From contig JAZBPW010000081.1 in assembly GCA_036351795.1 (NCBI GenBank), positions 1-59,924 on the forward strand: 59,924 nucleotides of DNA. Direction: 5' to 3'. The notes below the pieces were generated by a model. The model worked only from the letters and a program-made list of their open reading frames with translations, made no database searches and had not been told where the DNA came from. Made by a program: the position numbers and the translations under genes. The DNA is from Candidatus Zhuqueibacterota bacterium. Lineage in GTDB: Bacteria; Zhuqueibacterota; Zhuqueibacteria; Thermofontimicrobiales; Thiofontviventaceae. Numbering within the stretch: position 1 is the stretch's first letter; every line of letters starts with the position of its first letter. Positions 38,893 through 48,702 of the stretch are shown here, in pieces.

Positions 38893-40590
38893 TTAAATTG
38901 TGTTCGCTCTTTTCTGTAAAATTGACTTCTGTTTCTCTCTGCCCCGGGTTTTTCTTTCAACGAAAATATTTTCTCCGGTAAATGGATCGCGTCCGGTATA
39001 ATACATCAGCGTCGAATAAGTGGATGGCGCCGGCGTGAAGATCTGCACCTGTTCGGGCAGTAGTTTTAGTTCTTTCATGGCAAAGGTACGCAAGGCTCGC
39101 ATGTCCGATTCTGTGCAGCCGGGGTGCGCGGCGATCAGGTAGTATGTGAGAAACTGATTCTTTTCCGCTGATTTTGTCAGTTTGAAAAACTTCTCCCTGA
39201 ATGCCAGCAGAGATGCGGGGTCCGGTTTCCCCATCAATTCAAGGACACGGCAGACGGAGTGTTCCGGCGCCAGTTTCATCTGGCCGGAGACGTGATGCCG
39301 GACCACATCGCGAAAATATTGTTCACCATGACGCCTGTCTTCCAGAACCATATCGTGTCGTATGCCGGAAGAGACCACGACTTTTTTTACTCCCTTGATG
39401 TTTCGCAGTGTCCTGAGCAGAGATATCTGCGGCTTGTGATCGATGGGCAGACCGGAGCATATCTTCGGAAAGAGGCATCTTTTGTCCGGGCAGCATCCTC
39501 TCTTCGTCTTGATATTGCATTCGAAACCGTACATGTTTGCTGTCGGACCACCGACGTCATGAATCGTGCCTTTGAATTTGGGATGTTTCACCATTTTCAT
39601 CGCTTCATTGACAATGGATGCCTCACTCCGCCACCTGACGGTACGCCCCTCGTGTACGGCAATCGCGCAGAAGTTGCATTCCCCGTAGCAGCCCCGGTGT
39701 GTGGCAATGGAGAACCGGATCGTATCCAGCGCGCGGACGTCACCCTGTTTCCGGTAGTGAGGATGCAATTCCAGCTCGAAATCGAGACCGTATACATCAT
39801 CGAGTTCAGGACCGGTGAGATAGGCGGCAGGCGGATTCTGGACGAGATATCGCGTGTCCTGCTTCTGGGCGAGTGGACGCGCGCTCACCGGATCGTTGTT
39901 CCTGTAAAATGTGTGAAACATGGCAGTGAATGCCTCTTTGTTTGCAGCAACGTCCTTGTAGGCAGGAAGTTCGAGGCAGTCGCCGGGAACATCTTCCGAG
40001 ATGTAACATAGACCGCGGACCGATCGGGGGTCTGTGTTGTTACTTAGATGTTGCGCTAACTCTGCCACCGATCGCTCGGACATGCCGTACAGAAGATAGT
40101 TTGCCTTTGCATCGAAGATGATTGAGCGACGTATCCTGTCCGTCCAGAAATCGTAATGCGCAATCCGGCGAAGACTGGCTTCGATACCGCCCAGCACGAT
40201 GGGACGTGTGCGCTTGAAGTGGCGTCTGATGAGATTGGAATAGACGATGCAGGCTCTGTCCGGTCTGCGGTTATTAAGGCCGCCCGGAGTGTAGTCGTCG
40301 CGTATCCTGCGTTTTCCGGATGCCGTCCTGTTGGCGATCAACGAATCAACCGAGCCTGCCGTGACGCCCCAGAACAGGGCGGGTTCTCCCAGCCGGCTGA
40401 TATCCTCGCCGGATGATATGTCGGGTTGGGCGACGATGCCCACGCGAAATCCGGCGTTGTGGAGTACCTTCCCGATGACCGCCGCTCCGATCTGGGGAGA
40501 ATCGATGTAACTGTCTCCGCTGACGAGGATCACATCCAGTTGATCCCAGCCCAGTGCTTTCATCTCTTGACATGTGGTGGGCAGGAACAT
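38893..40590 (-). CDS. ygiQ: YgiQ (UPF0313) family radical SAM protein
   Basis: [61 protein letters not shown]. Confidence 0.92.
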   Translation of the reverse strand: MFLPTTCQEMKALGWDQLDVILVSGDSYIDSPQIGAAVIGKVLHNAGFRVGIVAQPDISSGEDISRLGEPALFWGVTAGSVDSLIANRTASGKRRIRDDYTPGGLNNRRPDRACIVYSNLIRRHFKRTRPIVLGGIEASLRRIAHYDFWTDRIRRSIIFDAKANYLLYGMSERSVAELAQHLSNNTDPRSVRGLCYISEDVPGDCLELPAYKDVAANKEAFTAMFHTFYRNNDPVSARPLAQKQDTRYLVQNPPAAYLTGPELDDVYGLDFELELHPHYRKQGDVRALDTIRFSIATHRGCYGECNFCAIAVHEGRTVRWRSEASIVNEAMKMVKHPKFKGTIHDVGGPTANMYGFECNIKTKRGCCPDKRCLFPKICSGLPIDHKPQISLLRTLRNIKGVKKVVVSSGIRHDMVLEDRRHGEQYFRDVVRHHVSGQMKLAPEHSVCRVLELMGKPDPASLLAFREKFFKLTKSAEKNQFLTYYLIAAHPGCTESDMRALRTFAMKELKLLPEQVQIFTPAPSTYSTLMYYTGRDPFTGENIFVERKTRGREKQKSILQKRANTI

Positions 40591-40592
40591 GG

Positions 40593-41852
40593 CTAAATCC
40601 TCTGCAACTTTCCGGCAGCGGATCTGCCTGCGAGCCAGCCGGTTGAGAATGCTGCCTGCAAATTATATCCTCCAGTGTCCGCCTGAATATCCATTAATTC
40701 ACCGGCGAAATAGAGCCCTTTGACCAGTCGTGATTCCATGGTGCGGGGATCGACCTCTCTTGTATCGACGCCGCCTGCGGTGATCAGCGCCTCAGAATAT
40801 GGCCTGTGTCCGGTCACCTGAATCCGGAAATCTTTCAGCCAGTCGCGCAATCGTTTCCGTTCCTTTGCCGTGATGCTGTTCGGCGCTTTACCGGCATCGA
40901 TTTCAGTCATTCGAATGCACGCGGGGATCAGTTGCCGCGGGAGGAGTCCGCGTAAAACAACGTCGAGTGGCTCTCTGTTTTTATGCGCGAAATCACGAAG
41001 CAGCCGAGCGTCGAGTTTTTTCTCATCCAAAGCGGGTTTAAGGTCGATGGATAATTCCAGATTTTCATTGTCGCGAAGCCCGTCCACGGCGAGCCCGCTG
41101 AGCGACAGGATCACGGGGCCGGTGACGCCGTTGTCGGTAAATCCCATTTCTCCGAAAGCCATGGATCTCTTTTTATCATTGATCAATAATGTCACTTTTA
41201 TATTACGAAGATTGAGTCCGGATGCCTCCTGATGCAAAACTGCATCGGTCTCCAGCGGGACGAGCGCGGGGCGGACCGGGACGATTGTATGGCCGGCGGA
41301 CGCCGCCAGTGTGTATCCGTCGCCTGTGGAGCCAGTGGCTGGATAGGATTTGCCGCCTGTGGCAAGGATAACCGCGGAGCAGAAATACTTCTGTTCCGAC
41401 GTCTCGATACCTTTGATAGCACCGTCTCTGATCATCAGTTTGCGCGCGGGCGAGGAGTATGTGATGGATACACCACTCTCTTTCACCCATCCGACGAGCG
41501 TCGCAACCACATCGGGCGCTTTTCCGGAGGCAGGGAATACCCTGCCGCCGCGCTCGGTGATGAGATCGAGCCCCAGTTCCCCGAAGAACGCAATAAGATC
41601 CTGTACGAAAAACCGGGCGAAACTCTGACGGAGGAAACGACCGCTCACGCCGAAATGCCCGATAAAATCATTTGCCTCGGCAATATTGGTGATGTTGCAC
41701 CGCCCCTTTCCGGTGATTCGCAGCTTGCGGCCGGGATGCGGCATCTTCTCCAGAAGCAGCGTTTCCGAACCGGAATTTGCGGACTGCCCGGCGGCCATCA
41801 GACCTGCGGCGCCGGCGCCAACGACAATGACTTTATTCCTGTGTTGAACCAA
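40593..41852 (-). CDS. HI0933/YhiN/BaiN family flavoprotein
   Basis: GAGAAG, GRKLRITGKGRCNITN, GRVFP, ATGGKSYP.TGSTGDGY, TAGGV, TGGYNLQ.A. Confidence 0.92.
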   Translation of the reverse strand: MVQHRNKVIVVGAGAAGLMAAGQSANSGSETLLLEKMPHPGRKLRITGKGRCNITNIAEANDFIGHFGVSGRFLRQSFARFFVQDLIAFFGELGLDLITERGGRVFPASGKAPDVVATLVGWVKESGVSITYSSPARKLMIRDGAIKGIETSEQKYFCSAVILATGGKSYPATGSTGDGYTLAASAGHTIVPVRPALVPLETDAVLHQEASGLNLRNIKVTLLINDKKRSMAFGEMGFTDNGVTGPVILSLSGLAVDGLRDNENLELSIDLKPALDEKKLDARLLRDFAHKNREPLDVVLRGLLPRQLIPACIRMTEIDAGKAPNSITAKERKRLRDWLKDFRIQVTGHRPYSEALITAGGVDTREVDPRTMESRLVKGLYFAGELMDIQADTGGYNLQAAFSTGWLAGRSAAGKLQRI

Positions 41853-41971
41853 TATTTCTTAACTCAATTTGATTTACAGAATGTTATGGTCAAATATAGA
41901 ACATGGTAGCCGGGAAACCAAGGATTTATTGATCAGCCCGGAGAAAATGTTTGCACATCAAGTGTCTCTTT

Positions 41972-42781
41972 CTAAGATTTTAGATGTTTGAGAAAGCGAT
42001 ACAGAAAAATAGAACTGATGACGGCCATTACCAGAAATATCGCGGCAATCGACATGTCTTCAGCGATGCCCTGCATTTTAACCACGATCACCATGCCGGC
42101 GAGGGCTATGGTGAGCAGGATTATGAACACCAGGAATATGGGTGTCAGAATATATCCCATACTCTGTTTCTTCAACAACAACAATGCTGAGATGATGAGC
42201 CCGGGAAGCGCGAATGCCATGTCGATCACATGGACGGGGTTCACCAGCAGCTTGTAATCGCTGACTGATTTCGGCGTTGTGTTGGTGATGATCGCCGGGA
42301 CCACATCCTTCAGCCAGAGCAGGTAAAAAAGTCCGGCGACGACGATCATATAGATTCCGATGGGCCGGTGGGGAATCTTGTCTTCAAACCACGCTCCGGC
42401 ATCCATGCTGCTCAGTTTTATCATGACGAGAATGAGGGCGTACAACGACAATCCGAGCGTCGCGCAGTAGATCAGGAACATCCTGTTGAAATTGACGCCA
42501 AAACCGTAAATGACGAAGGAGTACATGATATAGAACAGTGTGCCGCTGAAAATGAGCCACGCGATTTTGCTGTTTCTGTGAACGAATACAAGGGATATGA
42601 TCAGAATCGGCAGGGCGAAAAACAGGTTTACGATATCCTGTCCAATCCCCTGTGCAGCCATGGAAGCCGTTTCGCGTTCATAAGTGCCTGGTACGAAGAT
42701 GCCGAAGAAAGAGGCAATGCCGAGAGTAATAACCAGAAGAATGGATAAGGTTGTGATGGTCTTAAATTGTTCATTTTTCAT
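41972..42781 (-). CDS. Multi-pass membrane protein of unknown function
   Basis: About 8 hydrophobic segments; GQD, NPVHVID. AGGGAG RBS before the ATG at 42781. Confidence 0.75.
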   Translation of the reverse strand: MKNEQFKTITTLSILLVITLGIASFFGIFVPGTYERETASMAAQGIGQDIVNLFFALPILIISLVFVHRNSKIAWLIFSGTLFYIMYSFVIYGFGVNFNRMFLIYCATLGLSLYALILVMIKLSSMDAGAWFEDKIPHRPIGIYMIVVAGLFYLLWLKDVVPAIITNTTPKSVSDYKLLVNPVHVIDMAFALPGLIISALLLLKKQSMGYILTPIFLVFIILLTIALAGMVIVVKMQGIAEDMSIAAIFLVMAVISSIFLYRFLKHLKS

Positions 42782-42847
42782 GTGATTTAGCTCCCTGCGC
42801 TTGTTGTTAAAAATGCATTGCTTGGTCAAATCGAAAGTCAATAGAAG

Positions 42848-43507
42848 CTAGTCCGGTGTGAGGATGACGCCCCACTCGGCGACATGAAATCCTGTCCTCG
42901 AATAATTAGGTATGACAGGTTCCATGGGTTTAGCCATATCTCCAGCGGATTGGATAATAAGATAGAAAAGGCGCAAGATGTGATCCGGGCGAATCGAAAA
43001 ATCCAGTTTGATGACGGGTGAAATATCCTCGTTGAACTGCGGATATATGATATATTCGGCTTGATGATCCAGAAGTGGTGTCCAGAATTCGATGAAATCA
43101 GCGATCTCGTTTTCGCGAAAACCGTTGCGGCGCATGTTCTCCCTGAAAAAATCGTCAAGACCGGATCCGCTAATTCTCCACCCGGACAGTCTCTGGAACG
43201 CGTCCGGAACATCGCATTCGTAATAAAGATAATGATGCTCGCCGTCAATCAGACCGGAAGAATCGACAGTGAATACCCAGCCATCGTTGTAAAGCGGCTC
43301 AGATTCGATGACAGCCCCGCCTTTCGGGAAAATCAGCTTCAGTTCCAATTGTGTCCGATGGGTTGGATAGATATAGACATTTGGCTTTCTGACGATCACG
43401 TGAGAGGTTGAGTCCGCGGTATTGGGACTCACGGGGCTCGTATCGCTGCAGCAACCTGTGATGTATAAGAAGAATAAGGGAACGAAAGTATAAAGAATTT
43501 TATTCAT
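42848..43507 (-). CDS. Hypothetical lipoprotein (KPxIYxYP...EWG family)
   Basis: Lipobox YITG-C from the ATG at 43507; RKPNVYIYP; YLYYE; DFIEFW; AEWG. Confidence 0.75.
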   Translation of the reverse strand: MNKILYTFVPLFFLYITGCCSDTSPVSPNTADSTSHVIVRKPNVYIYPTHRTQLELKLIFPKGGAVIESEPLYNDGWVFTVDSSGLIDGEHHYLYYECDVPDAFQRLSGWRISGSGLDDFFRENMRRNGFRENEIADFIEFWTPLLDHQAEYIIYPQFNEDISPVIKLDFSIRPDHILRLFYLIIQSAGDMAKPMEPVIPNYSRTGFHVAEWGVILTPD

Positions 43508-43638
43508 ATGATCCTTTTGTGCAGCCCGGGATTCTCTGTATTCAGCAGCTACCTTGTGGTTTGATACTGAATCGAGACATCCCCCTGGAGAAGCCATTGA
43601 ATGATATCGTCTCGATCGAACGGGTCTGTCTTCATCAT
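43504..43638 (-). pseudogene. 5-prime relic of a WLLxGDVSIQYQ-family protein
   Basis: Not in the ORF track. Reads MMKTDPFDRDDIIQWLLQGDVSIQYQTTR*LLNTENPGLHKRII* with TAG at 43549-43551 and an AAGGT RBS-like sequence. Its final TGA overlaps the next ATG. Confidence 0.6.
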
Positions 43639-43749
43639 CTTACCTTTTTTTGATGGTCCTTATCCGCTGTGGAATCAAGGTCACATTGGTAAATTTCTAA
43701 AATTTAGAAATCAAATGCAATAGAAATTTGGTGATAAATTGTGCTGATA

Positions 43750-45174
43750 TCATTTTCTGATCATATCTGATGAATCCGTTTGCGAAGGCAAAATACACTT
43801 CAATGATAAGAAAACGATACAGGACACCGCAACGCCGAATACGGATGGCTGGATCGTCTCCTTGAAATCCGTCGTCATGTAACCCAGTGTTGCGATAATC
43901 GAGATCACCATGGTCAGAAAGATGATGGTGTTCAGGGTCTTTGATTTATGTTTGGAGAAGACGCCTAAAATGACGGGTAGAATGATTCCCGGCGCCCACA
44001 GGTTATATGTCAATAGCAGAAGATCGATAACATTCGGCAGTAGCAAAGCCAGTAATATGCCGGAGATACCAAGCGCCACGGAGCTGATCCGAGCGATGCG
44101 AAGTCCACGCTTTGTATCTGAAATATCATTTTTTACAACATACTCTTCGTAAAGATCCTTGACGAAAATGGCAGTGGATGAATTCAGAATGGAATCTGCG
44201 GACGACATCACCGCGCTCATCAGGGCGGCAATGATCAGACCGCCGACATAGGCATTGTTCAGTTTGAGGATGGTTTTCGGAAGCGCCATCTCGGAATCAA
44301 TATTCGGGAAATGGATACGGGCGTACAGCGCGATGAAGAAAAGAATGACCGGAAATGTGACCGCCAGAAAAACGCCGGCGCCGACGATCCCCTGTTTCGT
44401 CTCCCTGACGTTCTTCGCGACGCAATACCGGGTGGCGTAGCCCGGCGCGAATGTCTCGCCCAGGAGGAACGCGATGAACGTGGTGATCAGAAATAGCCAC
44501 CCTTTACCGCCCTCAAGCTGAAAGAATTCAGATGGTACCACCGTAGATATGTGTCCTGTCTGGGACATCAGATCCGGGACGCACAGCATCAACGTGAATG
44601 CGAAGCCGATGATCAGAATGATGAACTGATACACATCCGTATGGATGACCGCAAGCAATCCACCGGCAGTGCTGTACAGGATGACGATCCCCCCGCCGAT
44701 GATGGCAGCCCAGGTGTAGGACAGCTGCGGGATCATGGTCGTTATGATCTTGCCGAATGCCACCATCTGCGCGCCAAGTACACCGATGGAGAAGAGGAGC
44801 GAAAGTATAAAGGCCACGAAACGACTTTTTGGTCCGAAGCGGTGCCCGAAATATCCGGCGACTGTGTAGAGTTCCGCCTCTCGAAAATGCGGGGCGACGA
44901 ACAGACCGGAGAATATGAAATGTACGTACCATCCAGCGGAGACCGCCAGCATAAGTACCCCCCATTCGTATGTCCTGCCGATGGCGCCAATTGACGCGCC
45001 GCCGCCAACGACGGTGGCACCCATGGTGCAGAGAAGGAAAAACCAGCCTATATTCCTGCCCGCCACGAGGAAATCATCGCTGTTGTTGATCTCTCTGGAT
45101 CGACGCAATCCCTTGGTAACGATAAAGATAAAATAAGCGATGATAATGACGTACTGAATCCAGGGATTTTTCAT
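43750..45174 (-). CDS. Sodium:solute symporter (SSS, PutP-like)
   Basis: DDFLVAGR, ATVVGG, TAGGL.AV..TD.YQF, SAVMSSADS. ATGA overlap with the methyltransferase stop. Confidence 0.92.
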   Translation of the reverse strand: MKNPWIQYVIIIAYFIFIVTKGLRRSREINNSDDFLVAGRNIGWFFLLCTMGATVVGGGASIGAIGRTYEWGVLMLAVSAGWYVHFIFSGLFVAPHFREAELYTVAGYFGHRFGPKSRFVAFILSLLFSIGVLGAQMVAFGKIITTMIPQLSYTWAAIIGGGIVILYSTAGGLLAVIHTDVYQFIILIIGFAFTLMLCVPDLMSQTGHISTVVPSEFFQLEGGKGWLFLITTFIAFLLGETFAPGYATRYCVAKNVRETKQGIVGAGVFLAVTFPVILFFIALYARIHFPNIDSEMALPKTILKLNNAYVGGLIIAALMSAVMSSADSILNSSTAIFVKDLYEEYVVKNDISDTKRGLRIARISSVALGISGILLALLLPNVIDLLLLTYNLWAPGIILPVILGVFSKHKSKTLNTIIFLTMVISIIATLGYMTTDFKETIQPSVFGVAVSCIVFLSLKCILPSQTDSSDMIRK

Positions 45175-46247
45175 TTTACAACCTTCCACCGTTTGAAAAT
45201 ATTACTGAGATGACCCCCAAAATCTAGAATCGCCATTTGTGCGGGTTCAGCCCTGATCATATCCAGATTTTGTGTTTTAACGTGGTATGATTTTTTCGCA
45301 CCCCAGTGTGTGTCTATAAATTCCTGGATATGATTGTAACTGTACCAATGTGATTTGTAGCTGGAATAAGTATTGATATCACCGGTTTCGATCGTTTGCC
45401 TGGTCATTGCAGGATCTCGTTTCAGCATATGTCCTCTTTTTATCAGTCTGTTATTCTTGTCGTAGACATCTACATGAAGCGTATCGTCAGCGCTGTGTGC
45501 GAGTTTATACTGCATCGGTATCTGGAGGAAGTCATGGGATGCATAGGTGTCTGGTGCGAGCCAAATCGGCTGCCCGGATACATCCATGGTCGATTCATAC
45601 TGGCCCAGTGCATACGCCTCGATGTATTCCTGCTGATAACAGGAGACGATGGCGATGCCCTGCGCCGCTTCCACGGCATTGCGCATCGATTTGAATAGAG
45701 CGTTGGCGCCGTCGAAACCCTGCATGACGCCGATGGAGTTCACCAGACAGATGGCGATGGGAAGAATGTCGTCCGGTTGTGCTTCCAATTCAAAGGCGGA
45801 TCCCTGATCAAAGGTTAATGCGATGGCATGGTCATCATTCAAACCGGCGATTTGTAATTTATCCTTCGCCAGGTCGATCATTCTCTGTGAGAAATCGATG
45901 CCCCATACTTCGGAGAGACCTTTGGCAATGAGCGGATCGTAGGCGAGTTTATGTGAATTTTTTTTAAGGTCGACAAGCGGATGTGATGTATCGAGGTTCA
46001 AAACGTTCTGAGTTTTCGCACCGTATCGCAGATGCAGTCGACCGGATCCACATCCGAGATCCATCAATTTGATTTTACGGTTCTGAGTCAATGCCAGATG
46101 TCGAAGCAAGCGATCCAGCAGGTCCTCTTCAAATTCTTCAAATGCCAGTATATCCGGATGTCCACCGACAATTTGACGTTCATATGTGTCTGCGCATTCA
46201 TCCCATGTTCGCATATCTGATTCATATTTCGCTTTCAATGTATCCAT
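45171..46247 (-). CDS. Class I SAM-dependent methyltransferase-like protein
   Basis: LMDLGCGSGR motif I; WGIDFSQRMI; QGSAFEL. AAGGAG lies 11 nt upstream. Confidence 0.8.
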   Translation of the reverse strand: MDTLKAKYESDMRTWDECADTYERQIVGGHPDILAFEEFEEDLLDRLLRHLALTQNRKIKLMDLGCGSGRLHLRYGAKTQNVLNLDTSHPLVDLKKNSHKLAYDPLIAKGLSEVWGIDFSQRMIDLAKDKLQIAGLNDDHAIALTFDQGSAFELEAQPDDILPIAICLVNSIGVMQGFDGANALFKSMRNAVEAAQGIAIVSCYQQEYIEAYALGQYESTMDVSGQPIWLAPDTYASHDFLQIPMQYKLAHSADDTLHVDVYDKNNRLIKRGHMLKRDPAMTRQTIETGDINTYSSYKSHWYSYNHIQEFIDTHWGAKKSYHVKTQNLDMIRAEPAQMAILDFGGHLSNIFKRWKVVK

Positions 46248-46250
46248 GGA

Positions 46251-47915
46251 CTACTGAACTCCTTTCAGAAAACGCATTTCAATGTAATCATCTTTGAAAC
46301 CGATTTTCTTGTATAGTTTAATTGCTGGATTTGTCTTTTCCACATGTAATTTCAGATCGCCATCCGTGCATTCTATAGCCTCCAATATCAAGCGACTACC
46401 GACTCCATTGGCTCGATATTCTTGGTGAACGCAGACATAGACGATTAAATTCTCCGGAATGATGCCGACCCTGTCGATTTGAACGCAGACGAGAACACCG
46501 AGTATCTTTTTGTCTGAGGTCGCGACAATGATAAATCCTTTTCCGGAAGGATGGGTGGATAAGGCGTAGTCGACAGCCGTAGAAATGACATTCTTCGGAT
46601 CATCGTACGGTATCAGGTGTGTCTGGAGAAATTGGACGATATCGTACACATTAATCCATTCCGGTAATTCATTTTCTGTTTGAAAATAGCGGATATGGAT
46701 ATTTTCCGTCTTATCCTGTTCAAGCACGATCTCCGATGTGACTTTGGGTTCGTTTGTTAGATAATTTCTGGGAATGCTCTTGCCAAAGCGCATCATTAAC
46801 TCCGCTGCAATTGTACCGGATTTATGAGCCAGGTCATTGATGTCGATCTTTTTTTTGCCCTGCCGCCCAATGATGAAGACCTCATCTCCGATCCTGACAT
46901 TTTCGATTTTAGTGATATCGACCGTCGATGAATTCATGGATATCGCGCCGATGAATGGTGCCTTCTGTCCGTGAATGAGCACGTGACCACCATCCAGCAG
47001 TTTGCGATCCAGTCCGTGGTTGTATCCGAGAGGTATGGTTCCGATTGTCAGCTCGCACTCTGTTCTCCCCTTCGAACGGTAGCCGATTTTACTACCCGCG
47101 GATAATTCTCTGATCTGGACAATTTCGGTCTTTAAACTCATGGCCGGTTTCAATTGAACCAATTTTTCGTCTGTTTTGAATTGTTCGGGTGGCAGAACGC
47201 CATAAACCAGTATGCCCAGGCGAACGCCGTCTGCTACGGTTTGCGGGTGTGCTAAAAACGTTGTGCTGTTGGCAAAATGCAGATATTCAGGCGCGACCTA
47301 CTCCGATTTGAGCTTTTCGTATATGCCCGTTAAGCGCTTGAATGATCCAGGTGCACTATCCGTATCGCGGGGTTGACCGAACAATCCTTCGAGCACGAGA
47401 TGTGGTTTGGACGCGGCTTCCCTGGCGATTTTGACCAATTTCGATGGAGCAATCCCAAGGCGGTTCAATCCGACATTGACGTTCAGATGGATTCTGCATA
47501 TCTTTCCCATTCTAGCGGCCGCATCCTCCAATGGCTGTAAAATAGAATGATGGATGACAGATACGCTCAGATCATGCCTGACGGATAGCTCTGCCATCCA
47601 TGCGGGGATCGGATTCATCAACAGAATTTCACCGGGTACGCCCTCATTGCGCAATCGAATGCCTTCGTTAGGTGATTCAACTGCAAAATGCCGGCATCCT
47701 GTACGGTAGAGTACTTTCCCTGTCTCCACGAGGTCATGACCATAGGCATCAGATTTGAGGACGACGTAGAATAGTGCTCCAGGTGGTAGTTTTGATTTCA
47801 GGAAACGGTAGTTAGATTTGATCGCCTCGAGATCGATGATCAGCTTATTCCAGGGGTCTTCATACTCCCTGTGAACAGTGGGCGGCGAAAGACCACCCTC
47901 ATCTTTATGAGTCAT
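46251..47915 (-). pseudogene. Alanine-racemase-family / GNAT acetyltransferase fusion (554 codons) with an in-frame TAG at codon 206; pseudogene or recoded
   Basis: ORFs 47298-47915 and 46251-47162 share one frame. The 45 codons between them read VAPEYLHFANSTTFLAHPQTVADGVRLGILVYGVLPP..., which carry core Alr motifs. PLP Lys in LKSDAYGH. GNAT motifs IPENLIVY, YRANGVG, LHVE..NPA..LY...GF. Confidence 0.85.
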
Positions 47916-47934
47916 AATTTGATTTCCTTAATAT

Positions 47935-47946
47935 TTGATTAATCAA
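47935..47946. promoter_or_regulatory. Perfect 12-bp palindrome TTGATTAATCAA, putative operator
   Basis: About 20 nt upstream of the racemase ATG. A TTGAAT-18-TACTAT candidate promoter lies at 47950-47979 on the minus strand. Confidence 0.35.
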
Positions 47947-48005
47947 TACATAGTAAGTCAAATGATTAAATAGATTCAATTATTTTTGATCGTGTGTTTT
48001 TTGTA

Positions 48006-48183
48006 TGAACAGCCAGAAGAACGCGGGTTAAAGAAGAAAGATGCTTTAACGCACGCCGCTTTCGACAATCAGGGGATTCACAAATTACCGCTGGGGTATA
48101 TCAGATACATATTAAAGATGTTTACATTTTCTTGATGATTAGGATGAACGAAAGCCGGTCTGAAGTCGACCAAACCCTGTTCA
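48006..48183 (-). ncRNA. Candidate structured leader or small RNA
   Basis: Ends pair (TGAACAG/CTGTTCA). Internal stems GGTC/GACC, GCTTTCG/CGAAAGC, GTTAAAG/CTTTAAC. A TTGCAT-18-CATTAT promoter candidate lies at 48187-48216. Confidence 0.3.
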
Positions 48184-48308
48184 GTAATAATGAAAGAAAA
48201 AGAAAGGAAAAATGCAAGGAGTTTATTAAAAAGTTCCAATCAATACCGTCGAAACAGATGACGGTTTTTCAGCAAGGCGACTAAGAAATGGTTCCTGAGG
48301 CTCTGCAT

Positions 48309-48659
48309 TTATTGAATCTCAAATATAAATTTGTCATCAAAATTCATTTTTTTCAGAATTTTCATAATTCTTTTTCTGTCATCCTCATCAAGTCCGGAAA
48401 TGTCGAACGCATAGTTTCTCGGCCTGGAATATATCCTGATCACATCGGCTGACAATTCGACATTTGTGACGAGTATAATCTCATCGTCATCCGTCCAGTC
48501 GATCGAAGCGCCTTTCTCATGTGGCTGAAGAACGTATTCCAGATCAGGTGTTCGCTGTATCGTAAAACCGTCGATACCGAACTCAGTGCCGTCATCGAAT
48601 GAAAATGATAAAATCAGATCTCTGCCGTCTTCTACGGTGATAAAATTAACTACATCCAT
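48309..48659 (-). CDS. Hypothetical acidic protein
   Basis: Clean 116-aa ORF with GGGG upstream; no recognised motif. Confidence 0.65.
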   Translation of the reverse strand: MDVVNFITVEDGRDLILSFSFDDGTEFGIDGFTIQRTPDLEYVLQPHEKGASIDWTDDDEIILVTNVELSADVIRIYSRPRNYAFDISGLDEDDRKRIMKILKKMNFDDKFIFEIQ

Positions 48660-48702
48660 TCTGTTACCCCGATCTATAGTGTGTCAGTTCTGTTATATGT
48701 AA

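Noticed and set aside
39259-41909. Long plus-strand ORFs (250 aa and 225 aa)
   Set aside because: They are antisense shadows of ygiQ and the YhiN-family gene in GC-richer coding DNA.
46251-47162. Independent gene starting at TTG 47162
   Set aside because: There is no RBS, and conserved racemase motifs lie upstream in the same frame.
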